64,000 bases of DNA from Selaginella moellendorffii (lineage: Eukaryota; Plantae; Lycopodiophyta): positions 434,001 through 498,000 of the forward strand of contig NW_003314332.1 in NCBI RefSeq assembly GCF_000143415.4, in the 5' to 3' direction. The notes beneath the pieces were generated by a model that had not been told where the DNA came from, did not search any database, and worked only from the letters and a program-made list of their open reading frames with translations. Of the stretch, positions 37,946 to 51,284 are shown piece after piece (position 1 is the stretch's first letter; the number at the start of each line of letters is the position of its first letter). Both the position numbers and the translations under genes were made by a program.

Positions 37946-40457
37946 CTAAATGTTATTACATACAATTGCAACTTCCATATTGTCAAATCTCCTTCAGCAT
38001 GCTGCTCTTAGGAGAACTCTTGGTCCAAATATCAACACTACACACCTTTGCATAGTACACAATCCAAGTATGAGCCTCACCAATTCATGGAATTGGTTGG
38101 AGACTAGGGCTATGATCAACAACATGAGCATAAAGTGAGTGGTTAAACACCATTAACCTAGGACCATCTACAAAGTTGTTGCTATATAGAAAAAAGTGCT
38201 ATAGTTTAGTTGTTTCACTATAAGCAACTAGTAGAGGAAGGTGACTTCCATTGCAATATAAACAACTAGTAGGGGTGAATAGGTCAAATCCCTACTAAAA
38301 CATTCATAGTGATTTCTTATGTTCAACCTACTTTTGAGTCATATGCAAATCTTTTTAAGCATCATGATATGAAATTAAAGCATTGAGAGAGCTAGATTGA
38401 AAATCAATAGCAACAAAGGATAAACTCAATAGGATGCATTAGAGACATGACTCTAAACAATAGTTCACTTACACTTGCTGTGAACACCATGTTAAAATAG
38501 GTGTGCCAAAAAATGATAATTTGGTTTATTTGCTATGAGCAACAAGAGTAAGAGGTGAGAATATAATGCTTTAGAAAAAGTAGTATGGTATGCAATTTGG
38601 TCAATTGTCCATTTGGTTTGCAACATTAACAACTTGCTTGAATGCATGGGATGAATGGGTCTATGGGGCCATAAATGGCATTCCACACATAGCATGGGCC
38701 CCATCCATGGCATAAGGAATGGATATTCATGATATACTATACCTATGTTTTTTCCACACTGATATTACATATGGACCAATAGCAGCCAGACACATGTTGT
38801 GAGTGAAATAGAATGCTTTATTTTCTACCCTTTTACGAATTGCACACCATAAGATTTAGGTTCCTAGTGGAAAAATCACTTGGTGAGATGTCATGGCAGC
38901 TCTCACTAATAATACCTTGAATCAAGCTGAATCATCCATATGCTTCAAAGACCAAGCCAAAATCCAAGGAGACCACATACCCACACTGTAAAAAGGCCAA
39001 TTATGAAGAAGATTAAATACCCCTCTTATGCAAAATTGAAGTTTCAAAAAGCCAATTTAGATAGAGCTAAAGTTTGTTCATTCTTTCCTAAGTATGATTT
39101 AATATTTACTTGAGATTCATGTTTGTTTAAGATGTTCTTGTAAGCACTAAGATCTTTAGACTCAGAAGATCTGCTGCCAGAACAACACCAATGACACTTC
39201 CAGAATAACCCCTCATGCTCATCATCAAAATCAAGTCGGGTATAGAGTGCTGGAGCAACAGCAAGATTTTATTGCCTTGGGGGAGAAATCCTCCCTCATT
39301 TGAATCCACTATAGAAAAAAAGAAATCCATTCATACTGAAAATCTCAAGAATGACAAAAATGAAGTTTGTTGTGGGTGTTATGGCATACATGGTCATAAT
39401 TGTATCAATTTCTAGTTATAAATGTAATATTAGAAGTATTTTGCAATATCTAAAAGTTCAGAGGGTTTAGATTTCACTTCGTGGTTATCCTATGGTTTTT
39501 TTTTTCTTGCAATTTTAAAAATTCTAAGGGGCTTTTATGAAATTTTCCCTTTATTTTATTGAGATAGGAATAATGATATTAACTGTTGTCCAGATATTCT
39601 TAGCACCTGTGATATTGGAATTAAATCCGGTATTTTAACTTTATATGAATTTGCATACTGATAATCTCAGATGTATTGTTGAGGTTACAAATATATTTCA
39701 TTTGGATATGGTGATTGATATTAATTATCAGAATGATGATATTAACATGTGACATTTTAATTGGTTTGCAGCAAGTGATCATGTGATAAAGAAAATACAT
39801 TATTATAAGTTTAAAAGCTATAATAGTGGTGGTATACTTGGAAATGAATATCATTGTGAAGGTCTAGCACTGTTTATCAAAATCCAAGAAATCATGTCAC
39901 TTGGGATGAAATGCATTATACTCAACATTTCTATGAGGCATCATTTAATTTGTTCTGCATGGCAATTTTACCCTCTTAACTTTGAAAATGGTTTAAGTGA
40001 ATTATGTGATTTAGATAATTCTAATAAAATCTTAAATTCTCGGGTCCATAAAATTTAGATCGGTTCCTCCAGTTGGAGATATCCTCTATAAAACGTTGCG
40101 ATGCCCCCATGGAGTTGAAGCTTAATCCAGCTTCTTTGCCTAGGATCATCACAGTGCAATCATTGGCGTGAGGTTGTCCACTATGAGTGACTGCCTCAAT
40201 ATGGCCTTGAAGTTGGCCATTGTTTAAGGCTTTCTCTCGATGTATGGACTGGTTTCTGAAGATCGATTAGTTTATCCTCATGTATAATTCTTCAAAGAAC
40301 TTGATAATTCACGTTTGACATTGTCAAATACAACGATTTATTATTCTTTTTCTACTCTGCTCGCGAGCTTGACTCTTCATGGCAAAGTTTTGATCAAGCT
40401 TCGCCATGAAGAGTCAAGCTCATAGTGATATAAAATTAGAGACTGCCCAAGGTATCC

Positions 40458-41366
40458 ATGGAGTCTCATTCTTCGTTTATCATTCTAAATTCCAGAGACG
40501 AACAGCGCTTGTCTGTGTTTGACACCAACAAGGAGGAGTGGAATGAATGGCCAATGCGCCACGCTCACGACCATTTGCAGCTCTCTTGCCCCTCTTCTCG
40601 CTTGCTGTGCTTCACCCAAGGTACGAGCATCCATGTCTATCACGCACAAACAAACCAGTGCTTGGAGCTAGCAAATATTCCAAGTGATCGTATCAAAGAG
40701 GGCTTCTTCCAGATCTGGCACTGCTCCTTGTGCCCGGATAATCAGAGCTTGGAGCTAGTGATATACGACGAAGTAGAGCGCGAGGTGCTTTTATACAACT
40801 CGGGCACTGGAGCTCTGGACCGAAAGAACAAACTCGATAGTGGCGAGTTGGAGCTCTTGATGGATGTTTGGCCTGGTTGGAACAGCAACACAGCCTACCT
40901 CCTCTACTGTTGTTGCGAGCTAGCCACTTACGATCTGGCAAGCCATGAATTGTCCTTCGCAAAGCTGGAGATCCCGGAAGGTTGTATCTCGGATGCTTCT
41001 CTCGACTTAAATATGTCGGTGGTGGCGTGCAAGAACAACGCATTCATGGTAAGCTATCTACTGGTGGGAGATTGTTATCATGGGGAATTCGATCACATTG
41101 GTATATGGAAGCTGGATGGGGAAAAGTGGGAACTGGTATCTAAAGTTTCACACTCGGATGGGTACGATGACGAGGAGATGTTGAAAGTGGAAGAAGAATA
41201 TGAGTGGAGATTTAGTTGCTGCAGCGATGGATTTGACAAGATTTGTATCGCTATTGACAAGTGTGAGTTCATGTGGATGTATAGTGTGGAAGCCGACGCA
41301 TGGAGAAAACTTCCAAGCTATCCTCAGGCTAAAACTAAAATGCTTGACAAGATCATGTTCTTCTAA
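40458..41366 (+). CDS. F-box-associated/kelch-like beta-propeller protein lacking an F-box (302 aa)
   Basis: Single-exon ORF; FDT...W, LLCF, IWKLD..KWELVS, YSV...WRKLP patterns. Confidence 0.6.
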   Translation: MESHSSFIILNSRDEQRLSVFDTNKEEWNEWPMRHAHDHLQLSCPSSRLLCFTQGTSIHVYHAQTNQCLELANIPSDRIKEGFFQIWHCSLCPDNQSLELVIYDEVEREVLLYNSGTGALDRKNKLDSGELELLMDVWPGWNSNTAYLLYCCCELATYDLASHELSFAKLEIPEGCISDASLDLNMSVVACKNNAFMVSYLLVGDCYHGEFDHIGIWKLDGEKWELVSKVSHSDGYDDEEMLKVEEEYEWRFSCCSDGFDKICIAIDKCEFMWMYSVEADAWRKLPSYPQAKTKMLDKIMFF

Positions 41367-41512
41367 CAAGCTAGAGCTGGAATAAATTCGCAATTTGCTT
41401 TGAAAGAAGGGTAGGGTTCTTCATTCTTTTCTTCTTGAGAATGCGTGCTTGGGTAAGGATCGTTTCTAGAGCTAGTCTCGAGTTTTATCTCACTCCTCTA
41501 GACCAGAGCTGA

Positions 41513-43899
41513 ATGAGGGCGATCTTCTGGGGCATTCTATGCCGGCGCTCTTGTGCTTGTAGCTCGGAGGAAGTAAGCAGAAGAGTCTCCAAGGAAGACC
41601 ATACACTCGTGAGCTTTTCTTCTTTTCTTTGCTTTCTTGTAAGAAAGATGATGTTTCTATACTCGAGCAGGCTATCTGGAGCTCACCGAGACGGTGGTGG
41701 CCGAGGCCAAGCTTTCGCGATGAAGAGGTTGGAAGTCTTTGTTATAATTCTTGCGAGATAACAGAAGATTTTCGGCTTAAACCAGGCACGGGCATTCTCC
41801 TCTCCGGATTGAAGGCATGCAGCAGCCTGAGAGACCTCGAGCTTGGCCACAGACTTCGCAGAAATGCTCTCGAAAACAAGCACATCTACGTCGCCAACTC
41901 GCTCGCAAACATGTATGCCAAGTGTGGCAACATGCCGGAAGCTTTCTCGGTGTTCCACGCAATGCCTCGTCGCAACCAGGCATCGTGGAACACCTTGATA
42001 GTTGGATACGCAGAGAATGGAGAGAGCGGCACAGCGCTGGAGGTTTTCTCTCGCATGGAAGAGCCGCAAAGGAACGCTCTCACTTTTGTGGCGGCGTCCA
42101 TGGCTTGTGCGAGCTTGGCAGCGCAGGAGGAGGGCCGGCTCGTGGATGGAAGCTTGGTGAAGTTGGATTGCCTGGAGAGAGGCATGGAGGTCCACTCTTG
42201 CGCGTCCAAGGCTGGGTGTGACTCGGAGCTCTTGGTGGCGAGCAGCCTGGTTGATATGTACGCGAAGTGTGGGAGCATGGCGAACGCTCGCAACGTTTTC
42301 AGCTCGATGCTTCACAGGGACGTGGTTTGCTGGACGAGTTTGATCCAGGGATACGCAGAGAATGGACAGGGCGAGGAGGCTCTGGATTTGTTTTCAGCCA
42401 TGTCTGGCGAGTGCGAGCCAAATGCCCGGACTTTCGTGGCCGTGCTGCTCGCCTGCGCGAGCTTGGCTTCTCGAGAAGTTGGCCGGATGATCGCAGATCA
42501 TGGGAAAGCTAGTGTGAAAGTCAGGGGCTTGGAGATTGCAATGGCTACACACTCGAGAGCTGCGAAGATGATCAATTGTCTGGAGCTGGACGTTTTCGTG
42601 GCGAGCAGCTTGGTAGATGCCTACGCAAAGTGTGGGAGCTTGGTGGACGCTCGCATGGCGTTTGATAGAATGCGGCACAGGGACGTGGTTCTTTGGACTT
42701 CTCTGCTGCTCGGCTATGTTGACAATGAAGAGTGCGAGCTGGCTCTCGAGCTATTCGAGTTTATGGTTGCCGAAGGTTGTGAACCGGGTGCTCAGAGTTT
42801 TGTTGCTGGATTGGTGGCATGCGCGAGATTGGCAGTCGAGGAAGAAGAAGAGACCACGCAAAGTATAGAAGGAAGGCGAGTGAAACTGACAAGCCTCGAC
42901 AAAGGAATGGCGATCCATTCTCGAGCTCACACAAACTTGGGCTGTTGCGACTCCAACGTTTTCCTGGGAAACACGCTGGTGGACATGTACTCCAAGTGTG
43001 GCAGCCTCCTCGACGCTCGGATCGTCTTCGACCGGATGTTCCACCGCAGCATCGCGTCCTGGAACGCACTGATAGCAGGGTATGCTGAGAACCGAGAAGC
43101 CGAGCTCGCGCTGGAGCTCTTCTCGCGGCTCGAGTGCGCTCCAAACGCGGTAACTTACGCTGCCGCGCTGCTGGCCTGCACGGAGCTGGCGACTCTAGAG
43201 TCCGGGAAGGCAATCCACGCTGCTATCATCCGCTGCGCGCTCGAGAGCGATGAATTGGTGGCGAACAAGCTGGTGGATCTCTACGGCAGGTGTGGCTGCA
43301 TGGTGGACGCGGAGATCATCGTTTCTACGCTTGGAGAGCCGACGGTAGTGGCTTGGAACGCACTGATAGCAGGATATAGTCGCCAGGCCGAGGCTTCGAG
43401 CCGGGCTTTTAGCGCGTTCCAGAGGATGCGAGAGGAAGAATCAGTGGCTCCAAACGAGGTAACGTTTCTTTTGGTTCTCACAGCTTGCAGCCATGCCGGT
43501 TTAGTCGACATGGGCCAGGCTTGCTTCGATGCCATGGTTTCTACGTACAAACTCACGCCTGGTATCGAGCACTATCACTGCTTGGCTGATATCTTTGGCC
43601 GTGCGAACCAGCTCGAGAGAGCTGTGGAGATTGTGACGAGCATGCCTTACAAGGCCACCTCGGTCAGCTGGAAAACAATCCTGGCCTCGTGTCGAAAGTG
43701 GCGGAATGTAGAAGCTGGGAAGTTTGCGTTTGATTCGCTACTTGCGCTTGAGGTTGATGGTCACAAGACTGCGGCATTTTTGCTCATGGCGAGTTTGTAT
43801 GGGAGCCTTGATATGTGGAAGGAACAAGCCAAAGTGCTCGAGGCCAGGAATATGCTCTTCGTAGATTCAGAGAGAGAAAAATTTGGAAACAAAGAATGA
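41513..43899 (+). CDS. PLS-class pentatricopeptide repeat protein ending in E-type motifs, no DYW
   Basis: Repeated LVDMYAKCGS...A..VF..M..RDVV.W motifs; TF..VLTACSHAGLV, PGIEHY.C..D..GRA; 5' exon structure uncertain. Confidence 0.93.
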
Positions 43900-44039
43900 T
43901 CCTGAATTGAGTCGATTCAATCGAGGAATAGAGAAAAATACCAGACGTGTCTTGACCATTGTCCATGTGTTTTGTGTGAGCTCAAGACGATACAGCCTTG
44001 ATTATCGTAGAAGGTTTATAAGAGGATGCTGACTTTAGG

Positions 44040-46676
44040 AAAAGTACATCGGATGGCTGAAAGGAATTTTTCGGTTGTGGTACTGCTTCCTTTGGCTTGA
44101 GATCCTGCACGCTTCAAGGCTTTAGCAACTCAGACTGGGCGGGATGTCCTACAATCTGGTGGAGCAGTAAAAAACACACTGTGGCAGCGACTGTGAGTTC
44201 AGCCTGCCTTGCCTAGGAATTGGCTTACCAGGCTCACAGAGTAAGCAAGGTGCAGACCACAAGATACGTAAGGCTGCCAATGGCACTGCAATAAAGTACA
44301 GCTGCCCATCTTGTTTTTCTCTTGCTCTGTAAAAGGAGAATTTTCACGAGAGAGTTTCAAACCTACGACCATCGGTGTTGGAGCAGGAGAGCATCGCTCC
44401 ATGGAAAATTGTTGGAGGATATCCTTGATATACTTGTTCTGGTGAAGAACGAGAGAGCTGTCATGGCGGTCAAGCTAGATCCCGAGGCAGTAGTGTGCCT
44501 TTCCTAAATCTTTCATCTCAAAGTGAGAAGAGAAGATCTTGACTTGATCTCAGCCAGAAAACTTGCACTGTTGCAAACGAGCAAGGAATCATCAACATAA
44601 ACAGCAATATAGATTGTGTCCTCTCCAACTTTCTTGTTTTTGCTTCTGAAAAATCCACTTGTGAGTAAAGTCTTCAAGCTTTTTGTACCACTGGCAAGAA
44701 GCTTGTTTCAATTCATAAATTGCCTTGTTGAGTCTCCAGACATGGCTTTCCCTTCCCGGAACTTTGTAGCCTTCTGGCTGCATTTCTTCCTCAAGTTCTC
44801 CATTGAGGAATGCAGCCAGCAATGTACGGATTGTGGTCAGTTTCACCACATATGCAAAGGTGTCAGTGTAATCAGTCCCAGTTACTTGTTATGGAACAGT
44901 CTGGATTTGTGGGAATCCACATGGATTTCACCAGCTTTCTGCCAAGAGGAGCTTTGGAGACTAGATAAAAAGTGTGATTTTTGACAAGAGAAGTGTACTC
45001 TTCATCAAAATCCAAATGCCACTTTTCCTTGTCTTTTGAAGCCATAGCCTCACCATAGCTGTGTGGAATGTGAGAAAGTTCCACCCTAGCAAGTAAGGTT
45101 TGAACCAAGGACTCTGGTGCATCTTGGACGGCAGCAAGCATCGTCTCAATAAGCTGGTTGAGCGTCTAAGAACTGGTGGTTCTTGTGGCTGTGCATCTGG
45201 TTGTGGCAGCACAGAAAATTGAAGGTCACCAACCTGGAATGAGTGGTGGATTGTCTCCCGAAACCATAGCGCCAGGTGCAACAACGCTTGCTGGTGCTGG
45301 AAGAGGTGGCTGAACCATGATTGGAACAATGTGGGAGTGAACAAGACCACACAGCCGCGACGGATCGTCACGATAAACTCATACATTTAACCGTCGTAAC
45401 TACACCGTTCATAATACCACATAGCAGCGAACGATCTAATGGCAAGAGGACAGTGACAGAGGAAGAATCAAAGGGGCCAGGAAGGAACCCTTGGCTCAGG
45501 AGCGCGTGAGGGCCTTGGCAGTGCTGGTGCGAGTGGAGCGGAAAATCCAGGAGCGAAAGTGCCCACAAGTTCTTTGCCCAGCCTGCAGGAAGGTGTGCCC
45601 TTGTTGTGGCCGAGTTTTTCACTCCATTCTAAATTCTCCGTTTAATCTATGCTTACGCAGCAGGAAATTCTGGGGGCTGGGAAAACGTTCACGGGACAGA
45701 ATTTCTCCACCTGAACAACAAAAGTACCCTTTTGGCCAAGGATTGCTGGCCTATACGACTCAACGTCCGGCTGCTGTGAATGTAACCCAATGGCTCGACT
45801 GGGATTCCAGGAACCGAAAAGCACTCTCAGTCATTGGGTTAGGTCTTGGGGATGAATTCGTTCATCTCCTTGATCTCAGCAAAAACAGCCCACCAGAACT
45901 GGACATCCCCTACACAAATCTTGGCTGCAAAAGCTGCCAGCTAAGGTCATGCTAACACAAAGGTTCTTTATGCTGAGAATGCAACCCGATGACATGATGG
46001 CCACTTACACTGGAAAGTTTACATGATGATCACTGAGCTGAAGGATGTAGAAGCAGTAATCACCATTGATCAAGCTAAGGCATTCCTACTCAGCTCTTTC
46101 TCCCTTGAACTCCACACTTACACTGGAAAGTTTACATGATGATCACTGAGCTGAAGGATGTAGAAGCAGTAATCACCATTGATCAAGCTAAGGCATTCCT
46201 ACTCAGCTCTTTCTCCCTTGAACTCCAACCTTTCACATCAATGCTCTTAGCTGTGCCTGGAAAGGACTTGGACTTACTCTATTCAGACTTGATTGAGGAA
46301 GAATGCAAGCAGAACGAGTGGAAAGGCAAAGTGCCCTCTAAGGCTGCTTTACATGTGAAGTAAGCATTGTTTATTGGTAAGCAATGGAGTGGGAAGAAAC
46401 AAAAAAAGGCGATTTTGTTTCAATCAAGTCTGAATAGAGTGAGTCCAAGTCCTTTCCAGGCACAGCTGAGAGCATCAATGTCAAAGGTTGGAGTTCAAGG
46501 GAGAAAGAGCTGAGTAGGAATGCCTTAGCTTGATCAATGGTGATTACTGCTTCTGCATCCTTCAGCTCAGTGATCATTGCTTAAACTTTCCAATGTAAAT
46601 GGCCATCATGTCATCAGGTTGCATTCTCAGCATAAAGAACCTTTGTGTTAGCATGACCTTAGCTGGCAGCTTTTCC
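44040..46676. mobile_element. Rearranged Ty1/copia remnant (RT on minus, gag on plus with duplications)
   Basis: Minus: PHSYGEAM...W...[34 protein letters not shown]; plus: gag-like W...NRKAL..I.L.L and LRMQ...ITELK...LLSS at 45750-46363. Confidence 0.85.
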
Positions 46677-46799
46677 ATATGTCCACTATCTATACTATAC
46701 ATTTACTAAACCCCCATAACATTGTTTATAAGCTTCACACACAATTCGCAACAATAGAGCTGGCGAATGATAGCATTCAGCTAAAGCAAGTCTTGAATG

Positions 46800-47329
46800 A
46801 ATTGGTCCCTGGATCTAAACAATCAGTGTCAATCAATCGAAATATTTTGACGAGAACGAGCAATGTGTACCTGTCTTGCACCTCCTTGCGATTGATCGAT
46901 CGCAATGGTGATTAGAGCAAGAGAGTTTCATGAGAGATTCTCCTACCTTGAGTTCTTCCAGCAGTGATCTCGTATTGGCAATCTCCAGGTGCTTGCTCTC
47001 CAGTCTTGTCTGCGAAAGAAAGGAGATATTTCAATCGGCAATATTTTCCACCTGTCGCGACTGGATCGTGGCGTCCACCTCGAGGCACTTGAGCTCCTCC
47101 TCCGCGGATTTCTTGCGCGCTTTCTTCGTTTCCAGCTCCGATCTTGCGTGCTCCCGTTGCGACATGAGAGCTGTTCTACCTTTGCCCCTCTCCATGGACT
47201 TCGATTTCCAGCACTGGAAAGAAGAAATCCTGCTATACCTCCGAAAGACTGATCCCTGGCGCATCCCTGGACGAGGGAAAGAATGCGGCCCTGCTGCGCT
47301 GGAGGAGGAGCAGCGGCGCCGCCCGCCAT
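46800..47329 (-). pseudogene. Broken coiled-coil gene fragment, possibly SPC25-like N-terminus
   Basis: Coiled-coil frame 46945-47264 with in-frame TGA; resemblance (AEEEL...QVENIAD.IS) judged from memory only. Confidence 0.3.
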
Positions 47330-47380
47330 TGCAAGCGCGCGATTTGGCGCCTCAAAAGATTTTTAGGGCTCTTGAGAAGA

Positions 47381-48597
47381 ATGGAGGAAGAAGGCGAGGG
47401 TATAGGCGCGCCGGTGACGCGCGCCGAGTTTATGCTCCAGCATCTCCTTGATGGACAGCTCTCTACTTCTGCAAGGTATGTTCGATCGATCGATCGATGG
47501 ATCGCGCGAGTCTATGGTTTATTTGGCTCACTTTCTTGCTGGATGGATAGATTAGAGCAAATGGAATTCAAGGGCGAGGCATTCACGGGGCTGGAGGAGT
47601 CTCGCAGAATTTCGCTCGCAACAGGACGAGGGGGAGATCCAAAAGCCTGAGGTGAATATTTTCTTTCTTTGTTCTGGTAGCTATAGTTTTGTGTTCTTAA
47701 CATTGATGAAAAATGCAAACGCCAGAGGTATGGTCCAGGCCCGGTGTTCTTGCAAAGCCAAGAGATGGAACGAATGAAGCAAGCTCTTGCTCGAGAGAGC
47801 TCCATAGCTGTGAAGCAAGAAATGCGACGCCATTAGAAGGAGCTGGAAATTTCTTTGATCGAAGGAAAGCAAAGATTGCAAGCTATAGCACATCTTACTG
47901 TGGAAGGTATTCTTCAGTATTTGTTTTGATCCAGGTGTTTCTCTCCGGAAACCTTTGCCTGAGCTCAGCGTCGTTTGCGCCGGAGGCTGTCGCCAACTTC
48001 CTTCCATTCTTTTAATTTTGTTTTATTTTGAAAACTAGGAACGAGCACGAATGCAACCTGGGAAAGAGATTTCGAGATCGTCATCGAAAGTGTTTTCATC
48101 CTCAGCTCCACTACTGCCGGATCTAGACACCTATCTGGATGAAACCACTCTGAACGCTATGAAAACTGGGAACGAGGAACACAATCCTCCCATGGTGTCT
48201 GAAGAGACTATCATCTCCAACCGGCTTTCTCTCAAGGAGTTGCAGGATGGAAAGTTTCGAAACCACCATCAGGGCGTGCCTTCAAACGTAAGCTCATTCT
48301 GTGGCTTAGATCTCCTTGTCAAGCCTGAATCGCTTCTTTCTCAGGTTCTCTGATCTGTGCCCGAGGAGGATCTAGCCGCATTGTTTCTTCGATATAAGAA
48401 CCAACGAGACGATCAAATTCTTTTCCGACTAATGCAAAAAGGACGAAAAGGATCGAGCCTTTGTTGCATTCCCAGGTTCGCATCTTGTTTGTCACGTCAG
48501 CACGTGAAATCTTCAACACGTAGTGGCAGCAACCTGTGCATTGCAACATGGGATACGAAGACCGGTAATCGTGGAATATGCCCGAGGCAAAAAATAA
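47381..48597 (+). pseudogene. RBM41: RBM41/RNPC3-like RRM protein pseudogene (minor spliceosome family)
   Basis: N-term TRAEFMLQHLLDGQLSTS; NRLS..EL...KF.N...G.PSNVL, EDLAALF.RY, I.FRLMQ.GR, AFVAFP, VIVEY; stops at 47834 and 48351 plus a frameshift near 48448. Confidence 0.65.
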
Positions 48598-48672
48598 CAA
48601 GCGCGGGTTAAAATAGATGATCATCAAAATGACCAAAGGTTTGTATTTTCCTTTCCGGTTTTTCCTTTTCTC

Positions 48673-51136
48673 ATGGACCCAGCCACCCAGATCGCTCTTG
48701 CAGCGACTCTGGGCAACTTACTCCAGGGCTGGGATAATGGAGCTATCGCAGGTACTCGAGAAATCATTCTTTGCTTTCCCATGCCACCTTACTCATCCAG
48801 TGTGATCTTTCTTTCCAGGAGCATTACTCTATCTCAAGCCCGAGCTGGGAATACAAGGGAATCCCATCATTGAAGGCATTGTGGTCGGATCCACGCTCGT
48901 CGGGGCTCTCCTTAGCACGATCTTCTCCGGGCCTGGATCAGACTGGCTGGGCCGGCGAGCTATTCTCATTGTCTCGGGGGTTTTCTACACGACGAGCTCT
49001 GCTATCATGCTGTGGTCGCCGACTGTGCTGGTGCTGATCTTGTCGAGGTTGCTGGTCGGTTCGGGTCTCGGCATCGCAGTGACAGTGATCCCGATATACA
49101 TTGCTGAGACTGCTCCTCCTGAGATCCGTGGGACTCTGTCCACGCTGCCGCAATTCATGGGATCGGTGGGCCTGTTCTTAGCCTATTCGCTCTGCTTCTT
49201 CTTCTCGCTCTGGCCAACTCCAAACTGGCGGATCATGCTGGCGCTCCTTATGGCACCATCGCTGCTGTTCTTGGCACTGGCGATCCTCTACTTGCCAGAG
49301 TCTCCTCGGTGGCTGGTGAGCAAAGGAAAGATGCTGGAAGCTAGGCTTGTGCTCCAGAGGCTGAGGAACAAGACGGACATATCAGGTGAATCCTCTTGGT
49401 TTTCGTTCTTTGTTTATACTCACAACTTCTTTTCATCTTTCCAGCGGAGTTGGCACTGTTGGTGGAAGGATTGGGTGTAGGAAGCGGCGGTTCACTGGAA
49501 GAATGGGTGCTAGAACCGGCTCCACCGAAGACCAAGAGCAATGGTTCGTCGTTTCTCGCGAATGGATCCAGCCAGCACGTTTTGTATACACCGGAAGATG
49601 GTGGAGTCTCGTGGATCGCCAAACCTCTGCTCGAATCCGATCCGACACACAGCAGCTTCTCGCAAGCCGGTGGCCAGTCTCCTTTCGTGGACCCCCTGGT
49701 AGCACTCATTGGGAACCTCACCAATGTGAGTGTGGCTCGCGAGCAAGAAAACTACGAGTCCGACGTAGAGAAAGGCGAGGGGGATTTAGAAGAAGGTGGC
49801 GAAGAAGCGGTGGTGGGAGAGATCGAGGAGCTCTTAACTCCGTTGCTGCGACGACGTGCGAGCTCAAAGTCTGTGATCACGGCAGGATTCTTGTCCAGGC
49901 CGAGCTCCATGCTGGGCGTAACTCACAGCAGCAGCGGCGTGAATGGGACTACGGTTGCGAGCCCGGTCGTGAGCGCTGGCATCGGTAGCGGCTGGCAGCT
50001 TGCTTGGGAATGGGATAACCAGGAAAGAGGAGGACCATTGTCAGCGACCAAGAACACCAACATGGACTTTCGACGTGTTTTTCTTCTCCAAGAGGGTGCT
50101 GCTGCTGCTGCCAACATCTCTGGGAGTCTTTCTGTATCAGCGCGTTCTCTGCCGGGCATGGTCGAAGATGGTGGTGGAAACGCCGTCGTCGATCAGTCAA
50201 TCCAAGCCGCGGCTTTGATCGGCAGGCCGGCTCAGTCATTCCACAACCTCGTCTCGGACAAGGTGGTCGGCCCGGCGATGGTTCATCCTGTCGAGACAGC
50301 CATCAAAGGCCCGGCGTGGTCGGATCTGCTAGAAGTTGGCGTCCGCCGCGCGCTCGTCGTGGGTGTTCTTCTACAAATCCTCCAACAGGTACGTGGAAAG
50401 AAAAAGTTTGCCATACTATTGCGATCATGGATTGTGTATTTGTTTCGCAGTTCAGTGGGATCAATGCGGTGCTCTACTTCGTTCCCCAGATCCTCCAGCA
50501 GTCCGGGGCCGATGAGCTTCTAGCACGTCTGGGACTCGGCTCGGCGTCAGCCTCGATTCTCGCCAGTGGCGTCACCTGCTTGATCATGCTGCCGTGCATC
50601 GGCCTCGCGATGCGTCTCATGGACGTGAAAGGAAGAAGGTAAGCCAACTTTTCATAGTTTCCTTCGAACTCTGTTTCTCGATCACGCACAGGCAAATACT
50701 CCTCGTCACGCTTCCAATCCTCTTCCTCTCGCTGGTCACCATGGTCATCTCCAGCACTCTCGTCCCGGCTGGGATCCTCCAGGCAGCAGCGTCCTTCGTC
50801 GGCGTCACAGTCTACGTTTGCGTTTTCGTGATGGGATTCGGACCCATCCCAAACATCCTGGGCTCGGAGATCTTCCCGACTCGAGTTCGCGGCCTCTGCA
50901 TTGGGATGTGCCAGGCCTCGATGTGGACTTGCAACATCATCCTCACCAACATGTTCCCGACGCTCCTCGGGGTGCTGGGAATCGGGGGCTTGTTTGGCTG
51001 CTTCGCGGTGGTGGTGTTGGCGGCCTGGATCTTCACCCTGTTCAAAGTTCCCGAGACCAAAGGCATGCCGCTGGAGGTGATCTCCGAGTTCTTCGCGATG
51101 GATGCCGCCAGCCAAGATCACTCTTTGAAACTTTGA
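48673..51136 (+). CDS. TMT: Tonoplast monosaccharide transporter (TMT/TST, MSSP family); exons 48673-48751, 48819-49385, 49445-50388, 50451-50638, 50692-51136
   Basis: GNLLQGWDNGAIAGA, DWLGRR, PESPRWLVSKG, long central loop with GIGSGWQLAW, QQFSGINAVLY, PETKGMPLEVI; GT-AG introns of 53-67 nt. Confidence 0.96.
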
Positions 51137-51284
51137 TCGTGAGAAGTTCTTTGTATGACTTTGGATTATAGAAGCTGCTTGTAACAACATCACGAAGAAT
51201 AGTTTCTCTTTTTTTCTTGATCTGCCACCATTCTCACATGTCAAAGCCAAGTATTTCAATGTTTAGAAAAAGAAAAGAAAAGTA

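Noticed and set aside
38780-39020. Copia gag Zn-knuckle remnant (YPHCKKANY)
   Set aside because: Too degenerate to support a feature
41683-43556. Antisense and alternative-frame ORFs over the PPR and TMT genes
   Set aside because: Shadow ORFs of GC-rich coding sequence
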